The notes under the pieces are model-generated. The model made no database searches. It was not told the origin of the DNA and worked only from the letters and a program-made list of their open reading frames with translations. Positions 1-10,235 of a stretch of DNA of 64,000 nucleotides are shown piece by piece (the stretch's first letter is position 1; the number at the start of each line of letters is the position of its first letter). Origin of the DNA: Candidatus Hydrogenedentota bacterium (GTDB lineage: Bacteria > Hydrogenedentota > Hydrogenedentia > Hydrogenedentales > JAJRTN01). The stretch spans positions 19,993-83,992 of the forward strand of contig JAJRTN010000002.1 in the NCBI GenBank assembly GCA_024278275.1. Reading direction: 5' to 3'. Position numbers and translations under genes: made by a program.

Positions 1-518
1 CGGGCGGCTTCACCGATGCCAACGACGTGGCGGCGGTGCTGGCCGAAGCCATCCAGGCCATTCCAGACCTCGACATGGCGAACCTCCTCCTCTTCGGCGG
101 TTGGGAGTCGGCCTCGCGCGGCGCGGGCGCCACGATGCAGATCCTCGGCGAGATGCTGGGCATCACGGAGCAGTTCCAGGGCGTCGATGAAATCACCGTG
201 ACGGCCGAGGGAAAGCTCCAGATCCTCGAACGTATCGAGGGCGGCAGGCACCAGGTCTCGGAGTGCGCGGGCGCCCCGGTGGTTTTGGGCTGGGCGACGG
301 GCAACCTGCCGGAGCCGAAGAACAACCCGCAGGTGGGCATGCAGAACATGCGCACCGTCATGCCAAGCCTCCAGAAGGCCAGGCCCGCCGCGCTGTCGGG
401 CGAGGACCTGAACTACGCGGGTATCGAGGTGCCCAAGGCCACGCGCGAAACACGCATTGAGAAAAACATGTCGGCCGACGAGATCGCCCAAGAGATCGTC
501 GCATGGATAAAAGGGTAA
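1..518 (+). CDS. etfB: Electron transfer flavoprotein beta subunit (5' truncated by window edge)
   Basis: ORF 27..518 is open to the window edge; GGWESASRGAG resembles the EtfB AMP-binding loop; lies 6 bp upstream of ETF alpha. Confidence 0.75.
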   Translation, partial: GGFTDANDVAAVLAEAIQAIPDLDMANLLLFGGWESASRGAGATMQILGEMLGITEQFQGVDEITVTAEGKLQILERIEGGRHQVSECAGAPVVLGWATGNLPEPKNNPQVGMQNMRTVMPSLQKARPAALSGEDLNYAGIEVPKATRETRIEKNMSADEIAQEIVAWIKG

Positions 519-524
519 ACGCTC

Positions 525-1544
525 ATGGAAACCATTCTATATCTCGCGCATACGGAATCCGACGGAAGCCTGGGCAAGGCCGCGCTTGAATCGCTCACCG
601 CCGCGAAAGCATTGGCGGAACAGACCGGCGGCACACTCGTGGCCGGCCTGGTGGGTGAAGACGTGCAGGCGGCGGCAAACACCATCGCGGGCGCGGGCGC
701 CTCGAAGGTCCTGAGCGTGTCCGGCGCGGATTTCGCCCAAGCCCGTTACGCCACCGACGCCGCCGCGGCGGAAGCGCTCTGCAAGGCCGCCGGGGCGACC
801 CTCGTCGTTGCGGCCGGAGACAGCCGCTGGAATCGCGTGCTGCCCGGCGTAGGACACCGCCTGGGGGGGCGCGCCGACCTGCACATCACGCAGGTAAACG
901 GCGCGGGCGACATCTCCGTGACACGCTGGTTCTACCGCCAGCGCATGGAAGGCAGTTTCACCCGCACCCAACGGCCCTGGTTGTTGGGCATCGATCCCGG
1001 GACCCAAACCCCGTGGCAGGGCGATGCGGGCGACACGGTCGTCGAGGCGGTTACCGTAGAGACTGGGGACGCGCGCACCACCGTGACCGGCGTGAAGGCC
1101 CCCAACACGGACGAGCAGACCATTCGCCCCGACGCGAACGTGTTGTTCGTGGCGGGCGCGGGCTGGACCAAGAAGCAGGCCGACGGCCAGACCCATGTCG
1201 CCGACGCGGAGAAGAACATTCTCGGTTTCCTCCAGGCTGCCCAAGCCTCTCTCGGAAGCAGCAAGTCCCTCGTCGATCTCAGCAGTGAGGGCGGCGAAGT
1301 GCTGTCCTTCATGACCCACCTCAACCAGGTCGGTCAAACGGGCGCCACGCCGCGCCACCCCAAGGGCCTGTCCACCTGTTGCCACGGTGAAGAGCCGCAC
1401 GTGGTGGGCTGGCGTTTCATCAACGAGCGCCGCGCCGTCAACCTGGACGCCAACTGCGGTTGGGCCCAGGGTAAGGCCGACGTGCTCTACGTAGCCGACG
1501 CCTTCGAGGTCATGGAGAAGGTTAACGCCCTTTTGGCCGAGTAG
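525..1544 (+). CDS. etfA: Electron transfer flavoprotein alpha subunit (FixB family)
   Basis: ETF-alpha layout: VAGAGW, LGSSKSLVD, NQVGQTG, EPHVVG, AVNLD..ADVLYVADAF. Confidence 0.85.
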   Translation: METILYLAHTESDGSLGKAALESLTAAKALAEQTGGTLVAGLVGEDVQAAANTIAGAGASKVLSVSGADFAQARYATDAAAAEALCKAAGATLVVAAGDSRWNRVLPGVGHRLGGRADLHITQVNGAGDISVTRWFYRQRMEGSFTRTQRPWLLGIDPGTQTPWQGDAGDTVVEAVTVETGDARTTVTGVKAPNTDEQTIRPDANVLFVAGAGWTKKQADGQTHVADAEKNILGFLQAAQASLGSSKSLVDLSSEGGEVLSFMTHLNQVGQTGATPRHPKGLSTCCHGEEPHVVGWRFINERRAVNLDANCGWAQGKADVLYVADAFEVMEKVNALLAE

Positions 1545-1580
1545 GCGTTGATTCAACACAGCCGTTTACCCCACGGCATT

Positions 1581-1602
1581 GGGCGGGCCGCAAGGCCCGC
1601 CC
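1581..1602. terminator. GC-rich hairpin between convergent genes
   Basis: GGGCGGGCC-GCAA-GGCCCGCCC between the etfA and ABC transporter stops; no clear U-tract. Confidence 0.5.
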
Positions 1603-1650
1603 TGCCTGTGGTGGGGCACGATTGAAACGGCCGGCCCGTGGTGTGTTTCC

Positions 1651-3555
1651 TTATTCTTGCGCGAGTTGATCCTTGTACTGCAACTCGTACAGCGTGCGGT
1701 AAAGTCCGTCCCGTGCAAGCAATTCCTGGTGCGTGCCCATCTCGTGGATCTCGCCGTGATGCAACACCACGATGCGGTCGGCGTGCTGAATGGTGGACAG
1801 GCGGTGGGCGATGACAATGCAGGTACGCCGGCGTCCATCGCCGTCAAGGAGGCGGTTGATGGCGTCCTGAATGAGCATTTCGGTTTCGGTGTCGATGCTG
1901 GAAGTCGCTTCGTCAAGCACGAGGATGTCGGGCTCGTGGGCCAGGGCACGGGCGAAGGCAATCAACTGGCGCTGACCGGTGGAGAGGTTGCAGCCCCGTT
2001 CCCCCACTTTGTGACCATACCCGCCCGGAAGACGTTCGATGAAGGGCGCGGCGTTCACGTAGGCGGCGGCCGCCCGGATTTGCTCGTCCGTAATGGCGGC
2101 GTCGCCAAGACGAATATTGTCCTCCACACTGCCGGAGAAGAGGAAGACATCCTGCAGCACAACCCCGATGCGGCTCCGGAGGGCACGCTGCCGGTATTTG
2201 CGCACGTCCACCCCATCGACCAGGATGCGTCCCTCCTGCACGTCGTAAAAGCGGCTGATGAGGTTGATGATGGTGCTTTTGCCCGCGCCGGTGTGCCCCA
2301 CGATGGCGACGCGCTCGCCGGGGTCGATATGGAGATTGATGTTCTTCAGGATCCATTCGCCCTCTCCGTAGCGAAAGGAAACATTCTCGAAGGACACGGC
2401 CCCTTCCAGGTGATCGCAAGGCACGGCGTCGGGCCGGTCGTCCACGTCGGGAGGCGTATCGAGCAGTTCAAAGACCCGCTCGGAAGACGCCATGGCTTCC
2501 AGCAGCATGTTGTACCGGTCGGCCAGGGCGCGGATGGGACCAAAGAGCCGCTCCGAGAGGGAAATGAAGGCGAAAAAAGTGCCCACCGAGGCGGTGCCGC
2601 TCACGTAACCGCCCAGCTTGAGAACATTCCAGCTACAGTAGAGAATGATGAGGGAAGTGCTGAGGCTGCTGAAGAATTCGATGGCGGGAAAGTAAATGGC
2701 GAAGTAGCGAACCTGGCGCAGCCATTCGTCGCGGTGGTCGGCGTTCAATGCACGAAACCGGTTATAGTTGGCGTCTTCCCGACCGAAAATCTGCACCACG
2801 CGCATGCCACTGATGCTTTCCTGCATGCTGGCGCTCACCGCCGCGATCTTCCTGCGAATCTCCAGGAATGAATGGCGGGCAAACTTGCGGAAGATAAAGC
2901 TCGTGGCGAAGATAAAGGGGACGGGCACGATGGCCACGAGGGTCAACTCTTTATTAACGGACAGCATGATGGCGAGCACGACAAAGATGGTGATGAAGTC
3001 GCTGGCCACCTGGACCCCGCCGGAAACGACGGTCTGCTGGATCTTCTCGATGTCGCTGGTCACGCGGGACATGAGCCGGCCCACGGGATTGCGGTCGAGA
3101 AACTGGAGCGACATGGTCTGCAAGTGGGCGAAGAGGCCCATGCGCATCTCGAACATGGTGCGCTGCCCCACGTGGGCCACTATGAGGAGCTGCGCGTAGC
3201 GAAAACCGGACTCGACGATAATCAGCGCGCCCAGGAGCAAGACGAGCAGGAAAAGCAGCCGCTGGTCCCGTGAAACCATGCCGGCCAGTGCATCCAGTTG
3301 CACCGGATCCGGTGTTTTCTGTTTCGCGATCTCCTGTTGCAGGCCGCTTCGCTCCGCGTTGGCCAGGAAGTTATCGACGCCGTACATGACCAGGAGCGGA
3401 CTGACGCTGCTGACCAGCGACGCGATGAGCAGCAGGACGAGGGCCAGGATCAGCTTCGTGCGGTACGGGCGCAGATAACCCAATAACCGCCGCATGAGCG
3501 TACTGTCGTAAGCGCGCTGCTGGACTTCGTCCTCCATGTGGTAACCGCCGCTCAT
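1651..3555 (-). CDS. ABC exporter, fused permease/ATPase (heterodimer subunit)
   Basis: TMD plus Walker A GHTGAGKST, signature LSTGQRQ, Walker B LVLDEATSSID, IAHRLST. Confidence 0.95.
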   Translation of the reverse strand: MSGGYHMEDEVQQRAYDSTLMRRLLGYLRPYRTKLILALVLLLIASLVSSVSPLLVMYGVDNFLANAERSGLQQEIAKQKTPDPVQLDALAGMVSRDQRLLFLLVLLLGALIIVESGFRYAQLLIVAHVGQRTMFEMRMGLFAHLQTMSLQFLDRNPVGRLMSRVTSDIEKIQQTVVSGGVQVASDFITIFVVLAIMLSVNKELTLVAIVPVPFIFATSFIFRKFARHSFLEIRRKIAAVSASMQESISGMRVVQIFGREDANYNRFRALNADHRDEWLRQVRYFAIYFPAIEFFSSLSTSLIILYCSWNVLKLGGYVSGTASVGTFFAFISLSERLFGPIRALADRYNMLLEAMASSERVFELLDTPPDVDDRPDAVPCDHLEGAVSFENVSFRYGEGEWILKNINLHIDPGERVAIVGHTGAGKSTIINLISRFYDVQEGRILVDGVDVRKYRQRALRSRIGVVLQDVFLFSGSVEDNIRLGDAAITDEQIRAAAAYVNAAPFIERLPGGYGHKVGERGCNLSTGQRQLIAFARALAHEPDILVLDEATSSIDTETEMLIQDAINRLLDGDGRRRTCIVIAHRLSTIQHADRIVVLHHGEIHEMGTHQELLARDGLYRTLYELQYKDQLAQE

Positions 3556-5390
3556 GATTCGAGAGCCTCCTCCAACAGTTGCCGGGCGTGCATGCGCGCA
3601 TACAAACCGTCCAGCGCCAGGAGCTCCTCGTGCGTGCCCCGCTCCACGATGGCCCCGTTGTCCATGACCAGGATAAGGTCCGCCCGCCGGATGGTGGAAA
3701 AACGGTGGGCCACGACGAAGCTGGTTCTTCCCGCCATGACCCCGCGCAGGCCGTCGAGGATGCGTTCCTCGGTCTGGGTATCCACCGCCGAAAGGGCGTC
3801 ATCCAGGATAAGGATCCTGGGATCGCGCAGAATGGCCCGGGCCAGCGCCAGCCGCTGCTTCTGCCCGCCGCTGAGATTGATGCCCCGCTCACCCAGCATG
3901 GTATCCAGCCCCTTCGGGAGGTCCGCCAGGGCCTCCGTGAGTTGCGCCACGGCGCAGGCGGCCAGGATCTCGTCGTCCGTCGCCTCGGGACGGCCCAACC
4001 GGAGATTCTCGCGCACCGTGTCGGAAAAGATGAACGTGTCCTGAAGCACATAGCCGATGGCGGACCGCAACCGGCGAAGGGGGATCGCGCGAAGTTCATG
4101 CCCGTCAATCTGGATGCGCCCCAGGTCCGGATCATATTCCCGTGCCAGCAGGGAGACGAGGGTGGTCTTGCCGCAGCCCGTGGGGCCGACGATGGCGACC
4201 ATGGCCCCCTCGGGCGCCTCGAAGCTGATGTCACGCAGGGCAAGGGCGGAATCCGGGACCGTGCCGTAGGCGAAGGAGACCCCCTCGAAACGGACATGGC
4301 CCCGGCTTACCCGGGCGTCCGGATCGGTATGATCGCCATCCCAAATCCCGGGGGCTTCACCCAGAATTCGGGCGATGCGGTTCATGCCGACGGCCCCGCG
4401 CTGGTACAAGGTGAGGACCCAGCCCAGGTGGGCAAGCGGAAAGGCCAGCATGACCAGGTAGATCATGAAAGCCGTGTAATCCGCCAAATCCAGCTCACCC
4501 CGGATCACCATGCTCCCGCCGCGCCAGGTAACCAGCAACATGATGACGCCGATAACGGAGCCGATGAAGGGGAAGGCGAAGGACATGAAGGAAACGAGAC
4601 GGATGTTGGCCTTCATGTAGCGCGTGGCGTTCTCGCGGAAACCCGCCACCGCGCGGTCGCCCATGCCATGGGCTTTCACCACGCGCGCGCCCGCCAGGTT
4701 TTCCTGCACCTCCGTGGTCACGACGGCGAAAAGTTCCTGCACCTTCTTGGACCGCCGGTGGGATATGCGCACAAAGGTGAAGACCAGCAGGGAAATAAAG
4801 GGCATGGGAATCAGGGCAACCAGGGTGAGGCGCCCGCTCAGGTAGATCATCATGGCCAGCGTGAAGGGAAGCCGGATGGTGTCGATGGTGCCCATGATGC
4901 CCGGGCCGATGAAATCGCGAACGTAGTTGAGATCGTTTGTGGCGCGGGCCATGATCTCGCCCGTGGGCGTGCGGTTGAAGAAAGACCGGGAAAGGCGCTG
5001 GACGTGGGCGAAAAGATCGTTGCGCAGGTCGTACTCGAACTTGCGCGAAGCGCCAATCATGAGGGTGCGCTGAAAATAGCGCGCCACGCCGCTCACCAGG
5101 GAAAGGACGATCAGGCCGGAAACCAGCAGCACCAGTTTACCATGCCCGAGATTGCCCCGCTCGAACCCGTCGATAATGTACCGGATGACCATGGGCATGA
5201 CCAGGCCGACCAGGCTGAAGAAAACGGCGATCAGCGCCCCGAAGATATAATTCCACAGGTACGGACGGTTATAACGCAGCAATGAAATAAAAGGGCGGCC
5301 TTCCCGGGCCTTGCTCGCGGGGGGCGGCGGAAGTGTTCCGGGGAAGTCATGTCGTACCGGTATCTCGCTTTGGCCATGCTCCACCTTCAC
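3552..5390 (-). CDS. ABC exporter, fused permease/ATPase (degenerate-site subunit)
   Basis: GPTGCGKTT, LSGGQKQR, LILDDALSAVD (D in place of catalytic E); GTG start overlapping the kinase stop (GTGA) is inferred. Confidence 0.9.
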   Translation of the reverse strand: MKVEHGQSEIPVRHDFPGTLPPPPASKAREGRPFISLLRYNRPYLWNYIFGALIAVFFSLVGLVMPMVIRYIIDGFERGNLGHGKLVLLVSGLIVLSLVSGVARYFQRTLMIGASRKFEYDLRNDLFAHVQRLSRSFFNRTPTGEIMARATNDLNYVRDFIGPGIMGTIDTIRLPFTLAMMIYLSGRLTLVALIPMPFISLLVFTFVRISHRRSKKVQELFAVVTTEVQENLAGARVVKAHGMGDRAVAGFRENATRYMKANIRLVSFMSFAFPFIGSVIGVIMLLVTWRGGSMVIRGELDLADYTAFMIYLVMLAFPLAHLGWVLTLYQRGAVGMNRIARILGEAPGIWDGDHTDPDARVSRGHVRFEGVSFAYGTVPDSALALRDISFEAPEGAMVAIVGPTGCGKTTLVSLLAREYDPDLGRIQIDGHELRAIPLRRLRSAIGYVLQDTFIFSDTVRENLRLGRPEATDDEILAACAVAQLTEALADLPKGLDTMLGERGINLSGGQKQRLALARAILRDPRILILDDALSAVDTQTEERILDGLRGVMAGRTSFVVAHRFSTIRRADLILVMDNGAIVERGTHEELLALDGLYARMHARQLLEEALES

Positions 5391-8300
5391 CTCGGGCTGT
5401 CCTCCTCCGCGCCGCCGGGATGCCCCGGACGGATGCCTTGTAGCAGGCTGATCAGATCTTCCGGTTTGAAGGGCTTCAGCAGATAGCCGTCGGCGCTGCA
5501 TTCTTTCACCTTGGCCAGGTTTTTCTCGATGGTTTTGGCTGTGACCAGGTAGACCCGTATTCCCGCCAGGGACACGTCCTTCTTAATGCGCCGGCATGTT
5601 TCGAAACCGTCCAAACCGGGCATGGCGATGTCGAGGAGCACAAGCCAGTACGCCCCACGGGCCACTTCTTCCAGCGCTTCCTCGCCACTGGAGCAAGTCA
5701 CCGTTTCGTAGCCCTCCGTATTCAGGCAACGCGCGATGAAACGGACGATTTCCTCGTCGTCATCAACGCAGAGCACCTTCGAGCCGAGTTGCTCACCCGC
5801 GGGAACACCCTTGCTCAGGGCGTAATGGATGCCGCTCAACAAGGTGCTTTTCCGGAACGAACGTTTCACCCGGCCCGACACATAAGGGCGATAGCGCTCA
5901 AAAAGGGCGTCGTCGCTCGTGAGCAGCACAATGGGGGCCTGCACGGGCGTGAGACCGCCCTCCGCGCTGAAACCGGAGGCCGTCCTGAGCATGTCCTCCA
6001 CCAGCACGTGCCCGAGAGGCCCCGCCTCCGTGTCGAGGAGGATGCAATCGGGACTGTAGCGCTGGGCCAGATCCACGGCCACGGAAGGATAGGCGGCGTG
6101 GATAACGTCCATGCCCTCGCTGATCAGCAAGCTCCGAATCTGTGCGCTCAGGGCGCGATCCTGGGTGATCACTTCGATCAGCAGATGAGTTTCGGTCGGC
6201 AGGGGAAGCAACGCACCCGCATCGCCCCGCGAGCGTTTCCGGGCCATGCTCAGGGGTAGGGTGAAGCGGAAAGTGGTTTCTCCGGGTTCCTCCGGCGTCT
6301 GTTCCCGGCTCTGGACGGTAATGCGGCTTCCATGGAGGCGCATGATGTCCTGGGAAATGGCCAGGCCGATGCCCGTGCCGCCATATTTCCGGGTGGAGGA
6401 GCCGTCGTATTGATAGAATCGTGTGAAGATCTTGTCCTGGGCCTCGGCGGGAATGCCAATGCCATTGTCGGTGACGCGAACCTCCACGTCCTCCTCACCC
6501 ACGTCGATATCAATGCGAACAAAACCGCCCGGCTGATTGAACTTCACGGCATTGGAAAGCAGGTTGTTGAATACCTGCCCCACCTTTCCCTTGTCACCCT
6601 CCACGTACACGGGATCTTCCGGGGCCACAAGGTCAAGGCGGATGTTGCGGCTGTCGGCCACGGGCTGCACGATCTGGAGGCTCATGCGGGCACAATCGCT
6701 AATGTCGTAGGTGTCAAAGACCAATTCCTCCGCGCCGCGATGAAGCCTGGAGAAGTCGAGCAGATTCTCAATCAGGGTGACGAGCTTCTCGATGTTGCGC
6801 AGGCTGATCTGGAGAAACTCCTCCTGTACGTCGTTGATGACACCGGCCTTCCCGTTGAGAATCATATCGGTGTAACCCATCACCGCGACCAACGGCGTGC
6901 GCAATTCATGGGACACGTTGGACAGGAGATTGGTCTTCATTTCGTCGAGGGTTTTCAACTCCTCGATGGCGGCATGCAGCTTCTCCCGCGCTTGTGTCAC
7001 TTCCTCGAGGGAAGCCTGGAGATTCTCCAGCAACCGGGCGTTGCGAATGGCCACGGCCACGTGGGGCGTAAGCTGCTCAAGCACCTCGGCGTCATGGCGG
7101 GTGAAGCCCCCGGGCATGCGGGATCCCACATTGAGGGTCCCGATGATCTTGTCCGCCGCGTAAAGGGGCGCGCACAGGCAACTGCGAATGTCCCCGGGGA
7201 ACTGGCCGGCGAAGGACGAACCGTTCTTGTGAAGGTCCGTCACCAACAGGGCCTTCTCCTCGCGGGCCACCCATTCGGCGCAATGATTCGGGCCGGAAGA
7301 CGGCGCCGCCCCCCGGTCGGGCCAGAGTTGATGGGTCAGGAAACCGGACGTACCTTCGGCGGCCAACGCCACGGACGCATAATCAAAAGTGATCAGTTTG
7401 CGGACTTCGACGGCAATGCTTTCGTACACACGGCCCGCCTCGAGGCTTGAGTTGATGGCATTGGCAATCTGATTGATTACCTCGATACGCTCGGACCGTT
7501 CCCGCGCTTCGTGTTCCAGCCGAAGACTCCGGGTCACATCCCGAAACGTGCCTTCCATGCCCATGAAGCCGCCTTCATCATCGAAAACACGGTTGGCCGT
7601 GAGTTCGACACAGATAGAGCGCCCCCGTCGTGTTTTGACCCAGGCGCGAACCCGCTCGGCGAAGCGGTGTTCTTCCAGGTCGCGCATGAAGCGCCGGTAT
7701 TCCGGACCTTCCACAAAAAGATCGTGCAGGGACACGCCGTGGGCGTCGGCGGGAGACGGAAACCCGAGTATGCGGGCGCCGGCGGGATTGAGGAGCGCGA
7801 TTCGTCCGGAAGGGTCGGTCTGGTAAATGCCGTCGCGCATGGAGTTAATGACACTTCGGTATTTTTCCTCCGACTCCTCCAGGCGGGAGATGTTCTGGCG
7901 GAGCGCCGTGGCCATGCGGTTAAACGAATTGGCCAGCCCCTCGATCTCGTCGCCCGTGTCGATCTTGAGCTTCAGCTCGAGGTCGCCTTGCCGGATAATC
8001 TGGGCGCCTTCGTTGAGCAGGGACACGGGACGGATGATATTGTTGTTGACGAAGCGGTAGGCGATAACGCAGAAGGACCCGATGATAAGCGCCGACAAAG
8101 CGATGATGACCAAGGCGCCCAGGTCCACCTTGGCATACACATCGGAGGTGGGACGGTAGACCAGTACATAGAGGTCGCTCCCGGGCATAAGGCGGTGATA
8201 GGCCATAAGCGCCGAGAGGACGGTCCCATGGGTGCTGTAGCGTCCCATGGCAAACTCGTCGAAGTCCCGCTCCGGATACTTGCGTATCCGCGCGATGAGC

Positions 8301-9067
8301 CGGGGGTCGGGTGCCGCGTAAACCGGCTGGAAACGGTCCCCGCCTGCCGGGCCGGCGTGGACCACGAACTCGCGGTCCTCTCCCACATAGACAATCTCAC
8401 GGGAATTGACATGCCCCCGTGACGGCCCTTCGCCCAGGGCGAACCGCAGGATATCTTCCAGTCCCTGGCGTTCTTCGAGAAAACCCAGGATCTCACCCGT
8501 GCCCGGATCCGTGACGGGCGCCACGATACTGGCCGCGTAACGCTGTTCGTCGGCAAAATAGTCAAAATCCGTGAAGCGCAGTCCGGGCGGGGTTTTCGCC
8601 CATTCCGGGTGGCCGGGAAGATCCACGGTCCCGGAGAGACTGCTGCCAAGGAAGGCGCCGTCACGGTCATAGAGGTTGTAAACGGCGCCGATATCCCCGG
8701 AATACCGCGCCTGGTGGCCCAGAAAACGCCGCGCCTGCCCGAGTGCAAGGGCCCGCTTGCCCGGCTCCGCCGTCAACGCCGACAGCAGGTACGGCGAAAG
8801 AGAGGTTTGCGCCGTGAGCCGCAGGCGGCTGTCCATGGCCAGTCCCACCCCTTCGGCGGTCTGCCGGGCCGTGGTGGAAAGGGTCTGTATAATAGCAATG
8901 CGCTGGGCCTGGCGGGCCAGGAAATAGCCGATCAGGGCAAGAATAAGCGGGGTAACGCCAACCCACAAAATTGACGTCAGAAACTTGCGTTCTATCCCGC
9001 CCCGGGCCTGTTTCCGCTTGAGCATGGCATTCCACACCGACGTGAGAGAAGAAAAGAGGGGGATCAC
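5387..9067 (-). CDS. Hybrid sensor histidine kinase (TM-Cache-like-TM-HAMP-PAS-GAF-HisKA-HATPase-REC-REC)
   Basis: H-box SHELRTPL, N-box NLLSNAVKF, G1 DNGIGI, G2 GGTGIGL, two C-terminal receivers (LLDTEA degenerate; LLDIAMPGLDG...KP). Confidence 0.95.
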   Translation of the reverse strand: MIPLFSSLTSVWNAMLKRKQARGGIERKFLTSILWVGVTPLILALIGYFLARQAQRIAIIQTLSTTARQTAEGVGLAMDSRLRLTAQTSLSPYLLSALTAEPGKRALALGQARRFLGHQARYSGDIGAVYNLYDRDGAFLGSSLSGTVDLPGHPEWAKTPPGLRFTDFDYFADEQRYAASIVAPVTDPGTGEILGFLEERQGLEDILRFALGEGPSRGHVNSREIVYVGEDREFVVHAGPAGGDRFQPVYAAPDPRLIARIRKYPERDFDEFAMGRYSTHGTVLSALMAYHRLMPGSDLYVLVYRPTSDVYAKVDLGALVIIALSALIIGSFCVIAYRFVNNNIIRPVSLLNEGAQIIRQGDLELKLKIDTGDEIEGLANSFNRMATALRQNISRLEESEEKYRSVINSMRDGIYQTDPSGRIALLNPAGARILGFPSPADAHGVSLHDLFVEGPEYRRFMRDLEEHRFAERVRAWVKTRRGRSICVELTANRVFDDEGGFMGMEGTFRDVTRSLRLEHEARERSERIEVINQIANAINSSLEAGRVYESIAVEVRKLITFDYASVALAAEGTSGFLTHQLWPDRGAAPSSGPNHCAEWVAREEKALLVTDLHKNGSSFAGQFPGDIRSCLCAPLYAADKIIGTLNVGSRMPGGFTRHDAEVLEQLTPHVAVAIRNARLLENLQASLEEVTQAREKLHAAIEELKTLDEMKTNLLSNVSHELRTPLVAVMGYTDMILNGKAGVINDVQEEFLQISLRNIEKLVTLIENLLDFSRLHRGAEELVFDTYDISDCARMSLQIVQPVADSRNIRLDLVAPEDPVYVEGDKGKVGQVFNNLLSNAVKFNQPGGFVRIDIDVGEEDVEVRVTDNGIGIPAEAQDKIFTRFYQYDGSSTRKYGGTGIGLAISQDIMRLHGSRITVQSREQTPEEPGETTFRFTLPLSMARKRSRGDAGALLPLPTETHLLIEVITQDRALSAQIRSLLISEGMDVIHAAYPSVAVDLAQRYSPDCILLDTEAGPLGHVLVEDMLRTASGFSAEGGLTPVQAPIVLLTSDDALFERYRPYVSGRVKRSFRKSTLLSGIHYALSKGVPAGEQLGSKVLCVDDDEEIVRFIARCLNTEGYETVTCSSGEEALEEVARGAYWLVLLDIAMPGLDGFETCRRIKKDVSLAGIRVYLVTAKTIEKNLAKVKECSADGYLLKPFKPEDLISLLQGIRPGHPGGAEEDSPR

Positions 9068-9107
9068 GGCACGCGCCGGACCCTGCCCCTCCGCGGCTGA
9101 CGTCCGG

Positions 9108-9692
9108 TTAGTCTACCACGCGGCCACGGCCGATTAACTCGCGAACTTTTTCCAACAGCCCGTCCACTTTGAAAGGCTTGGGAAGGTACTCATCGGCACC
9201 ACAGGCAAAAATCCGCTCGATGTCACGCTCCTTGGTGAGACAGGTCACGGCCATGATGGGGATGCTGCGGGTCGTCTCATTGTTACGGAGCGCTTTGCAC
9301 ACCTCGAATCCGTTGATCTCGGGCATGAGGAAATCCAGGAGGATCAGGTCAGGCGTCATTTGGGCCGCCTTCAGCCCCACCTCGGTGGCATTACTCACCT
9401 TGATGAGCTCAAAACCCTCGTCGATCAGGATCTTCTCCATGAGCATAAGGGCATCGGGGTCATCGTCAACGACCATCACCCGCTTTTTGCTGGGGCCCTT
9501 GTCACGGGGGAACATGTCGTACTTCTCGCGAAACGCGTCCAGGTCACCTTCGAGAATTCGGTAGTGACCGCCCGGGGTTCGCGAGGCCTTGATCAGCCCC
9601 TGTTTGATCCAGTTCTTGATGCTGTGATGGGTAACATGGCAGATCTTGGCTGCCTCGAAGGTGGTGTAAGCTTTTTGCTCTCGGTCGCTCAC
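9108..9692 (-). CDS. Response regulator with N-terminal Xis/MerR-like (HTH_17) DNA-binding domain
   Basis: YTTFEAAKICHV..SIKNWIKQGLI..RTPGGHYRI followed by REC (VVDDD, LLDFLMP, KP); GGAGGA RBS before GTG 9692. Confidence 0.9.
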   Translation of the reverse strand: MSDREQKAYTTFEAAKICHVTHHSIKNWIKQGLIKASRTPGGHYRILEGDLDAFREKYDMFPRDKGPSKKRVMVVDDDPDALMLMEKILIDEGFELIKVSNATEVGLKAAQMTPDLILLDFLMPEINGFEVCKALRNNETTRSIPIMAVTCLTKERDIERIFACGADEYLPKPFKVDGLLEKVRELIGRGRVVD

Positions 9693-9819
9693 CGGACGCG
9701 CTCCTCCCTTGTCAAGTGTCCCGCCAAAATACATTGAGAATACCTTGAATCCAAATGGACACGAGACACCCAGGTTAGGGAATGTAACAGATTTCTCAGT
9801 TTACTCAAGATTCTAAGTG

Positions 9820-9849
9820 ATTATACCGCGCTATTTGAAACCTTGTCAA
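9820..9849 (-). promoter_or_regulatory. Sigma70 promoter of the regulator-kinase-ABC operon
   Basis: TTGACA (9849-9844), 18 bp, TATAAT (9825-9820). Confidence 0.75.
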
Positions 9850-10115
9850 CTTCTTTCAGGCAAAAATCGCCCTTTTCGCCTTTCCCGCAAAAAACACTCC
9901 TGCTTCCAGGGGCAAGCGATCACGCCCTGAATCCGTTTTCAAACACAAGGCCAACCCTTCCCATGACCCCGCTCCCACGCACGCCCGCATGGGGCCCCAC
10001 TTCTCGGAAGCATACTTCACCTCGTGGAAGAAATACAACTTTATGAAGATACGGTGTGGCCCTCCCATGGCCTCCCGCGGGTGCGGAAATGAATCCGGGA
10101 ATAGTGCCAGGTCCG

Positions 10116-10144
10116 TTGCCGGCTTTTTCCCGGGTGCGTATAAT
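10116..10144 (+). promoter_or_regulatory. Sigma70 promoter of pdxJ
   Basis: TTGCCG, 17 bp, TATAAT. Confidence 0.6.
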
Positions 10145-10235
10145 ACACAGATGAAAGGCGCAGGGTTTCGATCGTATCGGCGTGGGCGCCCGTACTCGTG
10201 CCACGGCTCCGCCCTTTCCCCGAAAGGAGATTGAC

